Source of the DNA: Clostridia bacterium
Lineage (GTDB): Bacteria; Bacillota; Clostridia; TANB77; CAG-508
Direction of reading: 5' to 3'
Length of the DNA: 64,000 bases
NCBI GenBank assembly: GCA_045643465.1
Contig: JAZUKV010000010.1
Location: forward strand, 70,412-134,411
Shown here: positions 44,822 to 55,397 of the stretch, piece by piece
Layout: every line of letters starts with the position of its first letter
Numbering within the stretch: position 1 is the first letter of the stretch
Translations under genes and position numbers: made by a program
The notes under the pieces: model-generated
Told to the model about the DNA's origin: nothing
The model's input: only the letters and a program-made list of their open reading frames with translations
Databases searched by the model: none

Positions 44822-45722
44822 TATACTAAGTTATTTAATAAGTGAAGGATTAAAAAATGTTTTTAAAAATACTAAATCAACAATTGCCGCATTAATTATA
44901 ATGTTTGCAACGATGATAACTGTTGGATTAGGTTTAGCAGGAGCCAAAAATGTTACATCAATTATAAAACAACTTGAAGACGATGTACCACTAACAATTT
45001 TCGTAAAAGATGGTTTAACAACTTCTGAATTAAACAAAATAGAAGATTATATAAAATCTATAGATTCAGTTAATAATGTAACATTTACTTCAAAAGCAGA
45101 GGCTTTACAAAAAGCAAAGGAAAAATTATCAGATAGTGCAGAGCTATTAGATACATATACAGAAACAAATCATCCATTTAAGGCTTCATATTCTATAACA
45201 TTAACAGAATTAAGTAAATCAAATTATACTGCAGATTTATTAAAAAATTCAGATGTTTTAAAAGATAATATTGCTGATATACAGTCTTCAGACATTGTAA
45301 TAAATGGACTTAATAGATTAGATAAAGGAATAAAAATCATATTTATAGGAATGGGAATCTTATTAATAGCAGTTTCAATTGTAATAATAAGTAATACAAT
45401 AAAATTAACAGTTCATGCAAGAAGAAGAGAAATTTCTATAATGAAATACGTAGGAGCTACTAATAATTTTATAAGGGCACCATTTATAGTAGAAGGAATT
45501 GTAATAGGTATTATTGCTATAGCAATTTCACTATTAGCATTAGGTGGACTATATCAATTAATTTACAATTCATGCAACAGTATGATGATGACAACTTTCC
45601 ACTTCTCATTACTTCAATTTAATGATATATTTAAAACTGTAGTTCTAATTTATACATTATTAGGAATTGGAATAGGCGTATTTGGAAGTATTATTTCAAT
45701 GAAAAAATATCTAAAAGTTTAA
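44805..45722 (+). CDS. ftsX: cell-division permease-like protein FtsX
   Basis: It overlaps the ftsE end. Four TM helices are present, with an extracellular domain between TM1 and TM2 and MKYVGATNNFIRAPF. The start is uncertain by a few codons (44787, 44805 or 44811). Confidence 0.88.
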   Translation: MIVNYNILSYLISEGLKNVFKNTKSTIAALIIMFATMITVGLGLAGAKNVTSIIKQLEDDVPLTIFVKDGLTTSELNKIEDYIKSIDSVNNVTFTSKAEALQKAKEKLSDSAELLDTYTETNHPFKASYSITLTELSKSNYTADLLKNSDVLKDNIADIQSSDIVINGLNRLDKGIKIIFIGMGILLIAVSIVIISNTIKLTVHARRREISIMKYVGATNNFIRAPFIVEGIVIGIIAIAISLLALGGLYQLIYNSCNSMMMTTFHFSLLQFNDIFKTVVLIYTLLGIGIGVFGSIISMKKYLKV

Positions 45723-45740
45723 TAAAAAGGAGAGAAACAT

Positions 45741-46874
45741 ATGAAGAAAAAAATATTAGCAGGTATAGTTGTAATAGTATTAAGTTTAATGAATTGTTTA
45801 ACAGTTTTTGCTGATCAAACTGCTTCTTCGTATAACCAACAACAAAAACAAGTACAACAACAAAAAAATAATATTGAAAATCAATTAAATCAGGTTGAAG
45901 GAGAGCTTGATACTGCAAGGCAAGAAGTTGAAGAGCTTAATACATCAATAAGTTCAGTTGAAGACGATATTTCTGAGATTTCTATAAAAATAGAAAACCT
46001 TGAAAATTCAATAAAGCAAAAAGAAAAAGATTTAAAGGAAAAACAAGTTCTTTTAGATGAAAGATTATCAGCAGCATATATGAATAATAATAATACATAT
46101 TTAGAAGCAATTTTTACAGGTGGTTTTATAAATTTTGTTTCAAACTATGATATGATAAAACAGATAGCTGAATATGATAATAATTTAATTAATGAAGTTA
46201 AAGATACGAAAAGCCAATTAGAATCTGAAAAGGTTCAGGTAGTAAGTGAAAAAGAGCAAAAAGAGCAAAAAAGTGCAGAGCTTAAAAAATTAAAAAATCA
46301 AAAACAAGCCAAAGTAGACAATTTAACAGAAGAGCAAAAAAACTTACAGAAAAAATCAGATGAATATGAAGCTGAAATGAAGGCTTTAGATAAAAAAGAA
46401 AAAGAAGCCTTAGCAGCAGCTGAAGCAGCTGCCAAGAAACAAGGTGGTAGTTCATCAGGATCAGTATCAACAAAAGGAACAGGACAATTAACATGGCCAG
46501 TACCAGCAAGTCACAATATATCATCACCTTATGGATACAGAATACATCCAATATATAAAACAAAGAAATTCCATTCAGGCATAGATATTGCAGCAGCATC
46601 AGGAACAAACATTGTAGCTGCTGATTCAGGAACAGTAATACTTGCAAGCTATGGATATAATGGAGGATATGGTAACTATATAATTATAAATCATAGTAAT
46701 GGTATGACAACAAGATATGCACATTGTAGTGCTTTAAATGTAAGTGTTGGACAATCAGTTTCAAGAGGACAAGTAATAGGAAAAGTTGGATCAACAGGTG
46801 CTTCAACAGGACCTCACTGTCATTTTGAAGTTAGAATAAATGGTGAGACACAAAATCCTCAAGATTACGTATAA
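45741..46874 (+). CDS. secreted coiled-coil M23/LytM peptidase (EnvC-like partner of FtsEX)
   Basis: Signal peptide, then a long coiled coil, then the M23 motifs HSGIDIAA and GPHCHFEV. Confidence 0.88.
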   Translation: MKKKILAGIVVIVLSLMNCLTVFADQTASSYNQQQKQVQQQKNNIENQLNQVEGELDTARQEVEELNTSISSVEDDISEISIKIENLENSIKQKEKDLKEKQVLLDERLSAAYMNNNNTYLEAIFTGGFINFVSNYDMIKQIAEYDNNLINEVKDTKSQLESEKVQVVSEKEQKEQKSAELKKLKNQKQAKVDNLTEEQKNLQKKSDEYEAEMKALDKKEKEALAAAEAAAKKQGGSSSGSVSTKGTGQLTWPVPASHNISSPYGYRIHPIYKTKKFHSGIDIAAASGTNIVAADSGTVILASYGYNGGYGNYIIINHSNGMTTRYAHCSALNVSVGQSVSRGQVIGKVGSTGASTGPHCHFEVRINGETQNPQDYV

Positions 46875-46899
46875 AAAAGGCAGTCCATCTGCCTTTTTT
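46875..46899 (+). terminator. intrinsic terminator
   Basis: aaggcag-tccat-ctgcctt plus a T-run. Confidence 0.8.
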
Positions 46900-46982
46900 A
46901 TTATTAATAATAAATTAGTATGAAGAATACTTTAAGTTTTTTAGACTATAATATAGTAAGATATTAGAAGGGAGATATAATT

Positions 46983-48188
46983 TTGGATAATAATATAGAA
47001 AATACTAAAGAAAAAAAATCTAAAATTTCCAGCATTCTTAAAGTTTGTTTAATAGTTATTATAACTGCGGTTATAACATATTTTTGTACAGTTACATTTA
47101 CATTAAAAGCATATTTAAATACACCAGGTATAACATATATGTCAACAAAAATGGGGTTAATTAAGAATAAATTACAAGCAACATATATTTATGATATGAA
47201 TGAAGATAAAATGATTGAATCTGCAATAAAAGGATATGTTCAAGGAATAAATGATCCATATACACAATATTTACCAAAAGAAGATATGGAAAATTTAATG
47301 GAATCAACAACAGGTAATTATGTAGGAATTGGTGTTTATATGGGAAATAATACAGTTAAAAATAAAGTTATTGTATTAAGTGTTATTGAAGGATCTGTTG
47401 CTGAAAGTGCAGGGATACAAGCAGGAGATTATATTATAAAAGTTGATGATGTAGAATATACAGGAGAACAATTAGAACAACTTTCAAATGCAGTAAAAGG
47501 TGAAGAAGGAACTAATGTTAAGATAACTGTACTTAGAGGTGAAGAAGAGAAAGAATTTAATATTTTAAGAAGTAATGTAAAAGTAAAAACTGTTGGTGGT
47601 ACAATGATTGATGATATAGGATATATACAAATAGTATCATTTAATGAAGGTACAGCTAAAGAGTTTAAAGATTGCTATAATCAATTAAAATCAAATAATC
47701 CAAAAGGTTTAGTAATAGATTTAAGAAATAACGGTGGCGGACTTGTTAATGAATCTTTAGAAATAGCAGAAACAATGGTTGAAAAAGGAAAGACTTTGCT
47801 AATAATGTCAGATAATACAAGCAAAGATAAAGTTGAAAAATCTTCAGCAGATCCAATAATTAATATACCAGTTGTACTATTAATAAATGAAAGTACTGCA
47901 AGTGCTTCTGAAATATTAGCAGGAGCATTAAAAGATAATTGCAACTATAAAATTATAGGAACTAAATCATATGGAAAAGGTGTAATTCAAAATGTTTTCA
48001 ATTTTTCAGATGGAACAGGTTTAAAAGTTACAGTAGAAGAATATTTTACTCCAAATAGAAATGTAATAAATAAAGTTGGAATAATTCCAGATGAAGAGGT
48101 TTTATTAGATGAAGAATGGCAAAATATTGCAAACATACCATATGAATACGATTTACAACTACAAGCAGCTGTTAAAAGCTTAAAATAA
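46983..48188 (+). CDS. ctpA: S41 carboxy-terminal processing protease
   Basis: TTG start. TM anchor, PDZ domain (GIQAGDYIIKVDD), and S41 motifs DLRNNGGG and ASASEILAGALKD. Confidence 0.88.
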   Translation: MDNNIENTKEKKSKISSILKVCLIVIITAVITYFCTVTFTLKAYLNTPGITYMSTKMGLIKNKLQATYIYDMNEDKMIESAIKGYVQGINDPYTQYLPKEDMENLMESTTGNYVGIGVYMGNNTVKNKVIVLSVIEGSVAESAGIQAGDYIIKVDDVEYTGEQLEQLSNAVKGEEGTNVKITVLRGEEEKEFNILRSNVKVKTVGGTMIDDIGYIQIVSFNEGTAKEFKDCYNQLKSNNPKGLVIDLRNNGGGLVNESLEIAETMVEKGKTLLIMSDNTSKDKVEKSSADPIINIPVVLLINESTASASEILAGALKDNCNYKIIGTKSYGKGVIQNVFNFSDGTGLKVTVEEYFTPNRNVINKVGIIPDEEVLLDEEWQNIANIPYEYDLQLQAAVKSLK

Positions 48189-48316
48189 AATCAAAATATG
48201 ATAAGAAACGACATAGAATTAACATAAATATTGATAAGAAAAAGTTAATATGATATAATCTTTTTTAGAAGTTATAATTTTTATAGATGAGATAAAAAGG
48301 AGATGAATATAAGAAT

Positions 48317-49102
48317 ATGTTTTTTGCAAAACCAGGAGATTATGCTCCATGTAAAATGTTTTCAATTGGTCATTTAATTTTATTTAGTATTACAATTGTG
48401 GCAATTATTATAGTTTTCAAGTTTACAAAAAATAAAGATAAAGAAACAATTAAAAAAATAATTAAAAGAGCTACATTATTATTATGGACTTTAGAAATAA
48501 TAAAAATTATCTTTAATTTTGCAGTAGGTAATGGCAAAAATCCTAATAATTATATTCCGTTATATTATTGCAGTTTAATATTATATGCAGGTGCTTTAAG
48601 TTCATTTGGAAGAGGTAAATTAAAACGTGTAGGTGATGTTTTTTTAGCAACAGGTTCAATAATAGGTGGAATTTTCTTTATGGTATGTCCTAATACATCA
48701 CTAACAATGTATCCAATGTTCCATTATATAAGTATTCAAAGTTTTATATTCCATGGAACAATGGTATATCTAGGAATGTTAGTAGGATATTCAAATTACA
48801 TAGATTTAAAATTAAATGATATAAAATATTATGCTACATTAATTATTATAATAAGTGGTATATCATATATTGTTAATAAGTTTTTAAATACAAATTTCAT
48901 GTTTATATCAAAGAATTTTCCAGGGACTCCAATAGAGCTTATATATAATGCTACAGGGAAATTTTTTACAATATTAATGATTATAATTCAGGCAATTGGT
49001 CCTTTTTATGTAATATATTTAATAAGTAATATTATAAAAAAGTATTTTGCAAAAAAGCAAAAGGAAAACAACGAAATAAAAAAAGAAGAAATTACAGTAT
49101 AA
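48317..49102 (+). CDS. polytopic integral membrane protein (possibly YwaF/TIGR02206-like)
   Basis: About 7 predicted TM helices. The family assignment is from memory only. Confidence 0.65.
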   Translation: MFFAKPGDYAPCKMFSIGHLILFSITIVAIIIVFKFTKNKDKETIKKIIKRATLLLWTLEIIKIIFNFAVGNGKNPNNYIPLYYCSLILYAGALSSFGRGKLKRVGDVFLATGSIIGGIFFMVCPNTSLTMYPMFHYISIQSFIFHGTMVYLGMLVGYSNYIDLKLNDIKYYATLIIIISGISYIVNKFLNTNFMFISKNFPGTPIELIYNATGKFFTILMIIIQAIGPFYVIYLISNIIKKYFAKKQKENNEIKKEEITV

Positions 49103-49165
49103 GCAAAATATAAGAGAAGTGCTACTAAAAAAGCACTTTTCTAATTTTTTTTAAGGAGAAATTTT

Positions 49166-50026
49166 ATGGAGAGATATAAATCAGCCAAAAAAGCGAGCAT
49201 AATTGGCATAATTGGAAATATTTTTTTATTAGGAATAAAAGGAACTATAGCATTAATAACAAATAGTCAAGCAATGATTGCAGATAGTGTAAATAGCGCA
49301 GGAGATATTTTTTCATCATTAATGACATACATAGGCAATAAAATTGCAAGTAAACCTTGTGATGAGTGTCATAATTTAGGACACGGAAAAGCAGAATATA
49401 TATTTTCAATGTTAATAAGTTTATCAATGATTGCTGTTTCAATTAAATTGCTATTAGATTCAATAAGCTCTTTTCAGAATTCAGAAAATTATATTTTTTC
49501 TTGGTGGTTGATAGTTGTTTGTATTACTACAATTTGTGTAAAATTAGGATTATATATCTATACGCATAGGTTATCGAAAAAACATAACAATTTATTAATA
49601 GATGCAAATGCTAAAGATCATAGAAATGATTGCGTTGTAACAACATTTACATTAATATCATCATTATTAAGTTTCAAAAGAATTTTATGGTTTGATGCGA
49701 TAGTAGGTATAGGCATTTCCTTATGGATATGCTATACAGGTATAAAAATTTTTCTTGAAAGTTATAATGTTTTAATGGACAAATCAATAGATAATGAGGG
49801 AAAAAATAAAGTATTAGAGATTATAAAAAATCATCCAGAGATAAAAAAAGTTCAACATTTTAATTCAACTCCTGTAGGATTTAAATATCAAATTTCTTTT
49901 ACGATATTTGTAGATGGTAATTTAACTACATTTGAAAGCCATGAGATTGCAAATACATTAGAGAAAGAAATTGCTGAAAAAATTGAAGAAATATATTTAA
50001 CTATAATTCATGTAAATCCTATTTAA
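49166..50026 (+). CDS. cation diffusion facilitator family transporter
   Basis: The N-terminus ASIIGIIGNIFLLGIKG...ADSVNSAGD, six TM helices and a C-terminal cytoplasmic domain are present. Confidence 0.85.
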   Translation: MERYKSAKKASIIGIIGNIFLLGIKGTIALITNSQAMIADSVNSAGDIFSSLMTYIGNKIASKPCDECHNLGHGKAEYIFSMLISLSMIAVSIKLLLDSISSFQNSENYIFSWWLIVVCITTICVKLGLYIYTHRLSKKHNNLLIDANAKDHRNDCVVTTFTLISSLLSFKRILWFDAIVGIGISLWICYTGIKIFLESYNVLMDKSIDNEGKNKVLEIIKNHPEIKKVQHFNSTPVGFKYQISFTIFVDGNLTTFESHEIANTLEKEIAEKIEEIYLTIIHVNPI

Positions 50027-50053
50027 TGAGAAAAGATATTTTAATATTTAAAG

Positions 50054-50100
50054 TAAACCCAAATTGTTAGATAAAAGTTTAGCAATAAGGGTTTATTTTT
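50054..50100 (+). terminator. terminator-like hairpin
   Basis: taaaccc...gggttta followed by T5, with a large partially paired loop. Confidence 0.5.
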
Positions 50101-50124
50101 ATGAACATAATTTTAGGTAAACTA

Positions 50125-50153
50125 TTGAAAAAAAGTTAAAAATAAGGTATAAT
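50125..50153 (+). promoter_or_regulatory. candidate lysS promoter (TTGAAA-17-TATAAT)
   Basis: ttgaaaaaaagttaaaaataaggtataat. Confidence 0.5.
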
Positions 50154-50176
50154 TTTCCCCATATGGAGGTACGAAA

Positions 50177-50242
50177 ATGGTGGTAAAACGGCAAACGGGT
50201 TTTATATTTCTAAATAAAATAAATCAAAATATAAAATTATAG
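50177..50242 (+). CDS. 21-codon upstream ORF (MVVKRQTGFIFLNKINQNIKL) in the lysS leader
   Basis: GGAGGT lies 6 nt before the ATG at 50177. The stop TAG (50240-50242) overlaps the lysS SD AGGAGG (50241-50246). It is too short for the ORF track. Confidence 0.4.
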   Translation: MVVKRQTGFIFLNKINQNIKL

Positions 50243-50254
50243 GAGGATACTATT

Positions 50255-51727
50255 ATGGCAAGTGAAGCAGAATTAATGCAAGTTAGAAGCGAAAAGATAG
50301 AGAAAATAAAAGAATATGGGATGCATGAACATCCAGAAAGATATGAAAGAACTCATGATATTGGGCAAGCTAGAGCTTTAGAAGATGGAGTAAAAGATAT
50401 TTCTATAGCTGGTAGAATTTTATCAAAGAGAAAAATGGGAAAAATTTCTTTTATACATATTGGAGATATAACAGGAAAAATCCAATTAGTTATTAAAAGA
50501 GATGATTTAGGTGAAGAAGAGTATAGAAAAATGCATGAAATCTTAGATATTGGAGATTTTATAGGAGTTAAAGGTGAGATATTTACAACACAAGCAGGAG
50601 AAAAAAGTGTTCAAGTTTATGGATATACTTTCTTAGGAAAATCATTAAGACCATTACCAGAAAAATTCCATGGTTTAGTTGATCAAGAAATAATTTATAG
50701 AGAAAGACATTTAGACTTAATAATGAATGAAGAAACAAAACAAAGATTTTTATTAAGATCAAAATTCATTAAATTATTAAGAGAGTATTTAGATAATCAT
50801 GGATTTTTAGAGGTTGATACTCCAGCACTTCAAAATACAGCTTCTGGAGCAACTGCGAAACCATTTATAGCACATCACAATGCATATGATATGGATGTAT
50901 TTTTAAGAATTTCACCAGAGCTAACATTAAAAAAATTAGTAGTTGGTGGATTTAATAATGTTTATGAAGTAGCAAGAGATTTTAGAAATGAAGGTATTGA
51001 TAGAAACCATTTACAAGATTTTACTATGGTTGAAGGATATAGTGCTTATTGGAATTATGAAGATAATATGAAATTCATAAGAGAAATGGTTATTTATATA
51101 ATTGGAAAATTATTTGATGGAAATTTAAATGTTCAAATAGGAGACCAATTAATTGATTTTGGATGTGAATGGGATATAGTTTCATTTAGAGATTTATTGC
51201 TAAAAGATTGTGGAATAGATATAGATAAATTCACAACAGCAGCAGAATTACTAGCAGAAATTAGAAATAGAGGAATAGAGCTAGATGAAGAAAATATTGA
51301 AAACTTAGGAAGAGGTAATTTAATTGATACTCTTTATAAAAAAGTAAGTAGACCTAATATGATAAAACCGACATATTTAATTAAACATCCAATTGATTTA
51401 TCACCTCTAGCAAGAAGCAATGATGAAAATCCAGAGTTAACAGATAGATTCCAATTAGTAGTAAATGGACAAGAAATTATAAACGGATATTCAGAGCTTG
51501 TTGATGCAAGAGAGCAAGAAGCAAGATTTATTGAACAAAGTAAATTAAAAGCAAATGGTGATGAAGAAGCAATGTCAATTGATGAGGAATATATTAAAGC
51601 TATGGAATATGGTATGCCACCAATTTCAGGATGGGGACTTGGAATAGACAGATTTTTACAATTCCTAACAAATAGCGAAAATATAAGAGATGTAGTATTA
51701 TATCCATTAATGAGACCAAGAGATTAA
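50255..51727 (+). CDS. lysS: lysine--tRNA ligase (class II)
   Basis: OB fold (ISIAGRILSKRKMGKISFIHI), RHLDLIMNEE, FRNEGIDRNHLQDFTMVE and GWGLGIDRF are present. Confidence 0.95.
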   Translation: MASEAELMQVRSEKIEKIKEYGMHEHPERYERTHDIGQARALEDGVKDISIAGRILSKRKMGKISFIHIGDITGKIQLVIKRDDLGEEEYRKMHEILDIGDFIGVKGEIFTTQAGEKSVQVYGYTFLGKSLRPLPEKFHGLVDQEIIYRERHLDLIMNEETKQRFLLRSKFIKLLREYLDNHGFLEVDTPALQNTASGATAKPFIAHHNAYDMDVFLRISPELTLKKLVVGGFNNVYEVARDFRNEGIDRNHLQDFTMVEGYSAYWNYEDNMKFIREMVIYIIGKLFDGNLNVQIGDQLIDFGCEWDIVSFRDLLLKDCGIDIDKFTTAAELLAEIRNRGIELDEENIENLGRGNLIDTLYKKVSRPNMIKPTYLIKHPIDLSPLARSNDENPELTDRFQLVVNGQEIINGYSELVDAREQEARFIEQSKLKANGDEEAMSIDEEYIKAMEYGMPPISGWGLGIDRFLQFLTNSENIRDVVLYPLMRPRD

Positions 51728-51737
51728 AAATAAAAAT

Positions 51738-51786
51738 AAAAGCCTAAAATTGAAGAAAAATTAAACTTCATAAATAGGCTTTTTTA
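51738..51786 (+). terminator. lysS terminator
   Basis: aaagccta...taggcttt plus a T-run. Confidence 0.7.
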
Positions 51787-51860
51787 TTTTTTAAAATATT
51801 GAAAATATGTATTAAATTAGTTGATTTTTTACATAATTATATATAAAATATATATAATTA

Positions 51861-52979
51861 ATGGAGGATAATGTGGATTTTAGACTAAAAAACAAAAAAA
51901 TATATGTGATAGCTATTATAATTATTATATTAATAGCAATTATAACAATAGTTGGTATAAAAAATAATAAGCTAAAAAGCCAGTTAAAAAATGCAGAACA
52001 TGGTATAACAATAAAAGATAATGTAGTTATGTACAAGAAGTCAAATGAAAAAGGAAAAAATAGAAACTTAGAAATAGGTACAGATATATATATATTAGAA
52101 GAAGTTACCTCTAAAACTGGAAAAAATCTTTATAAAATAAAAGCAAATGATAATATTGGATATATAGAAAAAGCAGATGTAGGAACTTTTAAAAAATCTG
52201 AAGAGAAAAAATCTTTGATGGTAGATGTATCAAAATTTAATATGCAAAATAATTTTAAGACAATAGGCGAATTTAAAGCTTTTATAATTAATAATAATAT
52301 AAAATATGTGTATATAAAAGCTGGTGGAAGAGGTTATGGTTCAGCTGGTGTAATGTATACAGATCCAAAGGCGAAAGATTATGCTGAAGCTTGTGAATTT
52401 TTAAATATTCCTTTTGGTTATTATTTTTTGGATGAAGCATTGAATTCAGATGAAATAGATGAAGAAGTGAATTTTATAAAAAATTTCTTAAAAGAAAATA
52501 GTTATAAAAATAATACTTTACCTGTATCAATAGATGTAGAAAAGCATGCTGAAAATGGAAGAGCAGATAATATATGGGATACGAGATATATATTAGTAAA
52601 TGAACTAACAAAAAAGCTTGATGAAAATGGCATAAATAGTATAATATATAGTAATGCAGATTTAGCAAATAAATATTTAGGTGGAGTAGACAAAAAATTG
52701 TGGTTAGCATACTATCCTAATGTAAACGAGATTCCAAATTATTGGTATTCACAAACAACTCAACCAGGTGCATTAAATAAATCAATAATAACAAAAATGG
52801 TGGCTTGGCAACTTACAGAAAATGGAATAAAGAATACTATAGATGAAAAAATTGATATTAGTATAGTATATTCAAAATTCTTTGAAAACGGAAGTATGGA
52901 AGATGTTGAAAATGATATAAAGGAAAATTGGGAAAAAGTTTTTGGACCAATAATCAATTTAATGAAAAGAGAAAATTAA
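51861..52979 (+). CDS. membrane-anchored GH25-type muramidase-like protein with an SH3-like domain
   Basis: TM helix. The SH3-like segment is GTDIYILEEVTSKTGKNLYKIKANDNIGYI. GH25-like motifs are MVDVSKFN...VYIKAGGRGYG...FGYYF...VSIDVE. An alternative GTG start is at 51873. Confidence 0.65.
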   Translation: MEDNVDFRLKNKKIYVIAIIIIILIAIITIVGIKNNKLKSQLKNAEHGITIKDNVVMYKKSNEKGKNRNLEIGTDIYILEEVTSKTGKNLYKIKANDNIGYIEKADVGTFKKSEEKKSLMVDVSKFNMQNNFKTIGEFKAFIINNNIKYVYIKAGGRGYGSAGVMYTDPKAKDYAEACEFLNIPFGYYFLDEALNSDEIDEEVNFIKNFLKENSYKNNTLPVSIDVEKHAENGRADNIWDTRYILVNELTKKLDENGINSIIYSNADLANKYLGGVDKKLWLAYYPNVNEIPNYWYSQTTQPGALNKSIITKMVAWQLTENGIKNTIDEKIDISIVYSKFFENGSMEDVENDIKENWEKVFGPIINLMKREN

Positions 52980-53005
52980 ACAAATGAAAACATATAGGAG
53001 ATAGG

Positions 53006-53992
53006 ATGAATAAGGTTGATTATTATGAAAAATTAAGAATAAATATTAATGATAATATCAATAATATTTCGAAGTTAATAAGAGATTTGAATTATAAAAT
53101 TAAAGATCTGCAAAAATCAAAAAATAAGACAGATGCCCTTATTATGAAATTTGAGGTTAACTGTTATACTTATAATTATGTAGATGAAATGAAATGTTCA
53201 AGAGATGAATTTATAAAATATGTGAGTATTTTAATAAAAAGGGCTAAAAGATTTGTAAGTGCAAAACCAGTGAACATTGATAATTACATTAATAGTTTAA
53301 ATGAAATTAATGATAGTTTATATAAAAGTATAGTAGAGATAAGAGCAATATCAAAAGATGATTTATCAAATATTGAAAATTTACAAATAAATGCTATAAA
53401 AAAAGCAATATATGAAAAATATATGATAATGAAATCTGATATAGATAGAGAGAAAATAAAAGAAAAGTTTGATAAAATACAAAACAAAGGAAAAATAGCA
53501 AAAGCATTAGATAAATTTTTATGTAGGGAAGATATAATAGAGCAAAAGAAAGAAAATTTATTTGTAGCAATAAGAGGCATCGATGAATCATTAGAAAATA
53601 TGATTAAAAATGAAATGCCAACTAGAGATTACAAAATAGTAGATATTTTGGCTGATATGGAAATCTTTATTAAAGAAAATGCAAAAGATGTAAAATATAG
53701 ACCAAAACTAAATGATATAATAGAGCTATATAATAAAATAAATAGTATATTTTCAGTTAATAGTGAAGATATGAAAAAAGCTATTGCTGAGAAATATCAA
53801 TCAAGATTACCAGTTGTAATTGATAAAAAAATGAATAAATTAAAAAGGGAGCGCCAAAAAATATTACAATTTTTGAATAGAAGCGGATATAATGAAACTT
53901 TAATTGAAGTAAAAAGTGAGCCCAAAATGAAGATTTTAATTAAAAAATTAAATATATTATCTCAGAATATAGAAAAAGAATTGGATAGATAA
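53006..53992 (+). CDS. hypothetical coiled-coil protein (328 aa)
   Basis: SD aggaga. Long K/E/I/N-rich ORF with no recognised motif. Confidence 0.6.
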   Translation: MNKVDYYEKLRININDNINNISKLIRDLNYKIKDLQKSKNKTDALIMKFEVNCYTYNYVDEMKCSRDEFIKYVSILIKRAKRFVSAKPVNIDNYINSLNEINDSLYKSIVEIRAISKDDLSNIENLQINAIKKAIYEKYMIMKSDIDREKIKEKFDKIQNKGKIAKALDKFLCREDIIEQKKENLFVAIRGIDESLENMIKNEMPTRDYKIVDILADMEIFIKENAKDVKYRPKLNDIIELYNKINSIFSVNSEDMKKAIAEKYQSRLPVVIDKKMNKLKRERQKILQFLNRSGYNETLIEVKSEPKMKILIKKLNILSQNIEKELDR

Positions 53993-54130
53993 TTATGAAG
54001 ACTTATTTATTAGAAGTTATAAAATAGTATAACTCACTAAATAAGCCTTTTTGTTTTACATAAAAAGATATATACAAAAATACTATTTTATGATATTATA
54101 ATTACTATAAAAGAGAAAGGAAAGTAGTGT

Positions 54131-54904
54131 ATGAGAGTTTTAACTATAGGCGATATTGTAGGAGAAAGTGGAGTAAAAAAATTTAAAGAAGAATTACCAA
54201 AATTATTAGAAGAATATAAAGCTGATTTCGTGATTGTTAATGCTGAAAATTCAGCAGGAGGAATGGGGATAACAACAAATATATTTAATGAGTTGTTAAA
54301 TTTGAATGTAGACGTTATTACTATGGGAAATCATACATGGGGTAAAAAAGATATTTTTTCATTTATAGATCATCCAAAACTACTAAGACCAGCAAATTAT
54401 TCAAAGGGGGTTGTTGGAAAAGGAGTTGGAATATATAAATGTAACGGAAAGAAAGTAGCAGTAATTGATTTAATTGGAAGAACAGATATGAATGTATTAT
54501 CAGAGAATCCGTTTACTAAAGTGGATGCTATAATTAATAAAATAAAAGATGAATGCGATATAATTTTTGTAGAATTTCATGCAGAAGCAACAGCAGAAAA
54601 AATTGCAATGGCAAATTATTTAGATGGAAAGGTTGCAGCGGTATATGGTACACATACTCATGTTCAAACTGCAGATGAGCAAATTTTATCAAACGGAACA
54701 GCATATATAACAGATATTGGAATGACAGGACCTATAGATTCTGTAATAGGAATGGATAAAGATGCTTCAATAAAAAGATTTGTTACATCATTACCAGAAA
54801 GATACAAATTAGCAAATGGAAAATGCATGCTAAATGGTTGTATTTTTGAAGTTAATGATGAAAATTGTCAAGTAATGTCGATAGAGCGAATAATAAGAAA
54901 ATAA
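54131..54904 (+). CDS. ymdB: YmdB-family metallophosphoesterase (2',3'-cyclic-nucleotide 2'-phosphodiesterase, TIGR00282)
   Basis: MRVLTIGDIVG, NAENSAGG, TMGNHTW, EFHAEATAEK and GTHTHVQTADE are present. Confidence 0.92.
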   Translation: MRVLTIGDIVGESGVKKFKEELPKLLEEYKADFVIVNAENSAGGMGITTNIFNELLNLNVDVITMGNHTWGKKDIFSFIDHPKLLRPANYSKGVVGKGVGIYKCNGKKVAVIDLIGRTDMNVLSENPFTKVDAIINKIKDECDIIFVEFHAEATAEKIAMANYLDGKVAAVYGTHTHVQTADEQILSNGTAYITDIGMTGPIDSVIGMDKDASIKRFVTSLPERYKLANGKCMLNGCIFEVNDENCQVMSIERIIRK

Positions 54905-55027
54905 TTGGAAAAACGTGGCATACGAAACCCTATTAGATTTAGAAAATATTATAGACTTTTATTATTTTATATATTATAAATATATATGTAGTGAGAACAA
55001 AAAAATATAAATAATAGGAGGACAAAA

Positions 55028-55291
55028 ATGGAAGTTTTAAAAATTTCATCAAAATCAAACCCAAATTCAGTAGCAGGAGCAATCGCTGGATTAGTAAAGG
55101 AAAATAATTATGCAGAAATGCAAGCAATAGGTGCAGGAGCATTAAATCAAGCAGTTAAGGCTGTAGCAATAGCAAGAGGATTTGTAGCACCATCAGGAGT
55201 AGATTTAGTTTGTGTACCTGCTTTTGCAGAAGTTCAAGTTGAAGGAGAAGACAGAACAGGAATAAAACTAATAGTCGAAGCCAGAAAATAA
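55028..55291 (+). CDS. spoVS: stage V sporulation protein S
   Basis: MEVLKISSKSNPNSVAGAIAG...AIGAGALNQAVKAVAIARGF has the full-length SpoVS signature. Confidence 0.95.
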   Translation: MEVLKISSKSNPNSVAGAIAGLVKENNYAEMQAIGAGALNQAVKAVAIARGFVAPSGVDLVCVPAFAEVQVEGEDRTGIKLIVEARK

Positions 55292-55368
55292 TAATAAATA
55301 AAATTAATTGCACAGATATTTTTTCATTAAATAGTAAAATTATTAAAAAAGATTTGTTCAATATAGGG

Positions 55369-55397
55369 GGGCATAGTAGTAATACTATGCCCTTTTT
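55369..55397 (+). terminator. spoVS terminator
   Basis: gggcatagta-gtaa-tactatgccc plus T5. Confidence 0.85.

Noticed and set aside
50165-50200. T-box remnant in the lysS leader (aaaatggtggtaaaacggc resembles the GGUGGUACCGCG core)
   Set aside because: The leader is only about 100 nt. It has no stem I, no specifier loop and no terminator/antiterminator pair. The similarity is limited to GGTGGTA.
2809-51727. Clustering of six aaRS genes as a functional super-operon or island
   Set aside because: The genes are separated by terminators and unrelated genes and each has its own promoter or leader. This is more simply explained by a compact genome with core genes on the leading strand.
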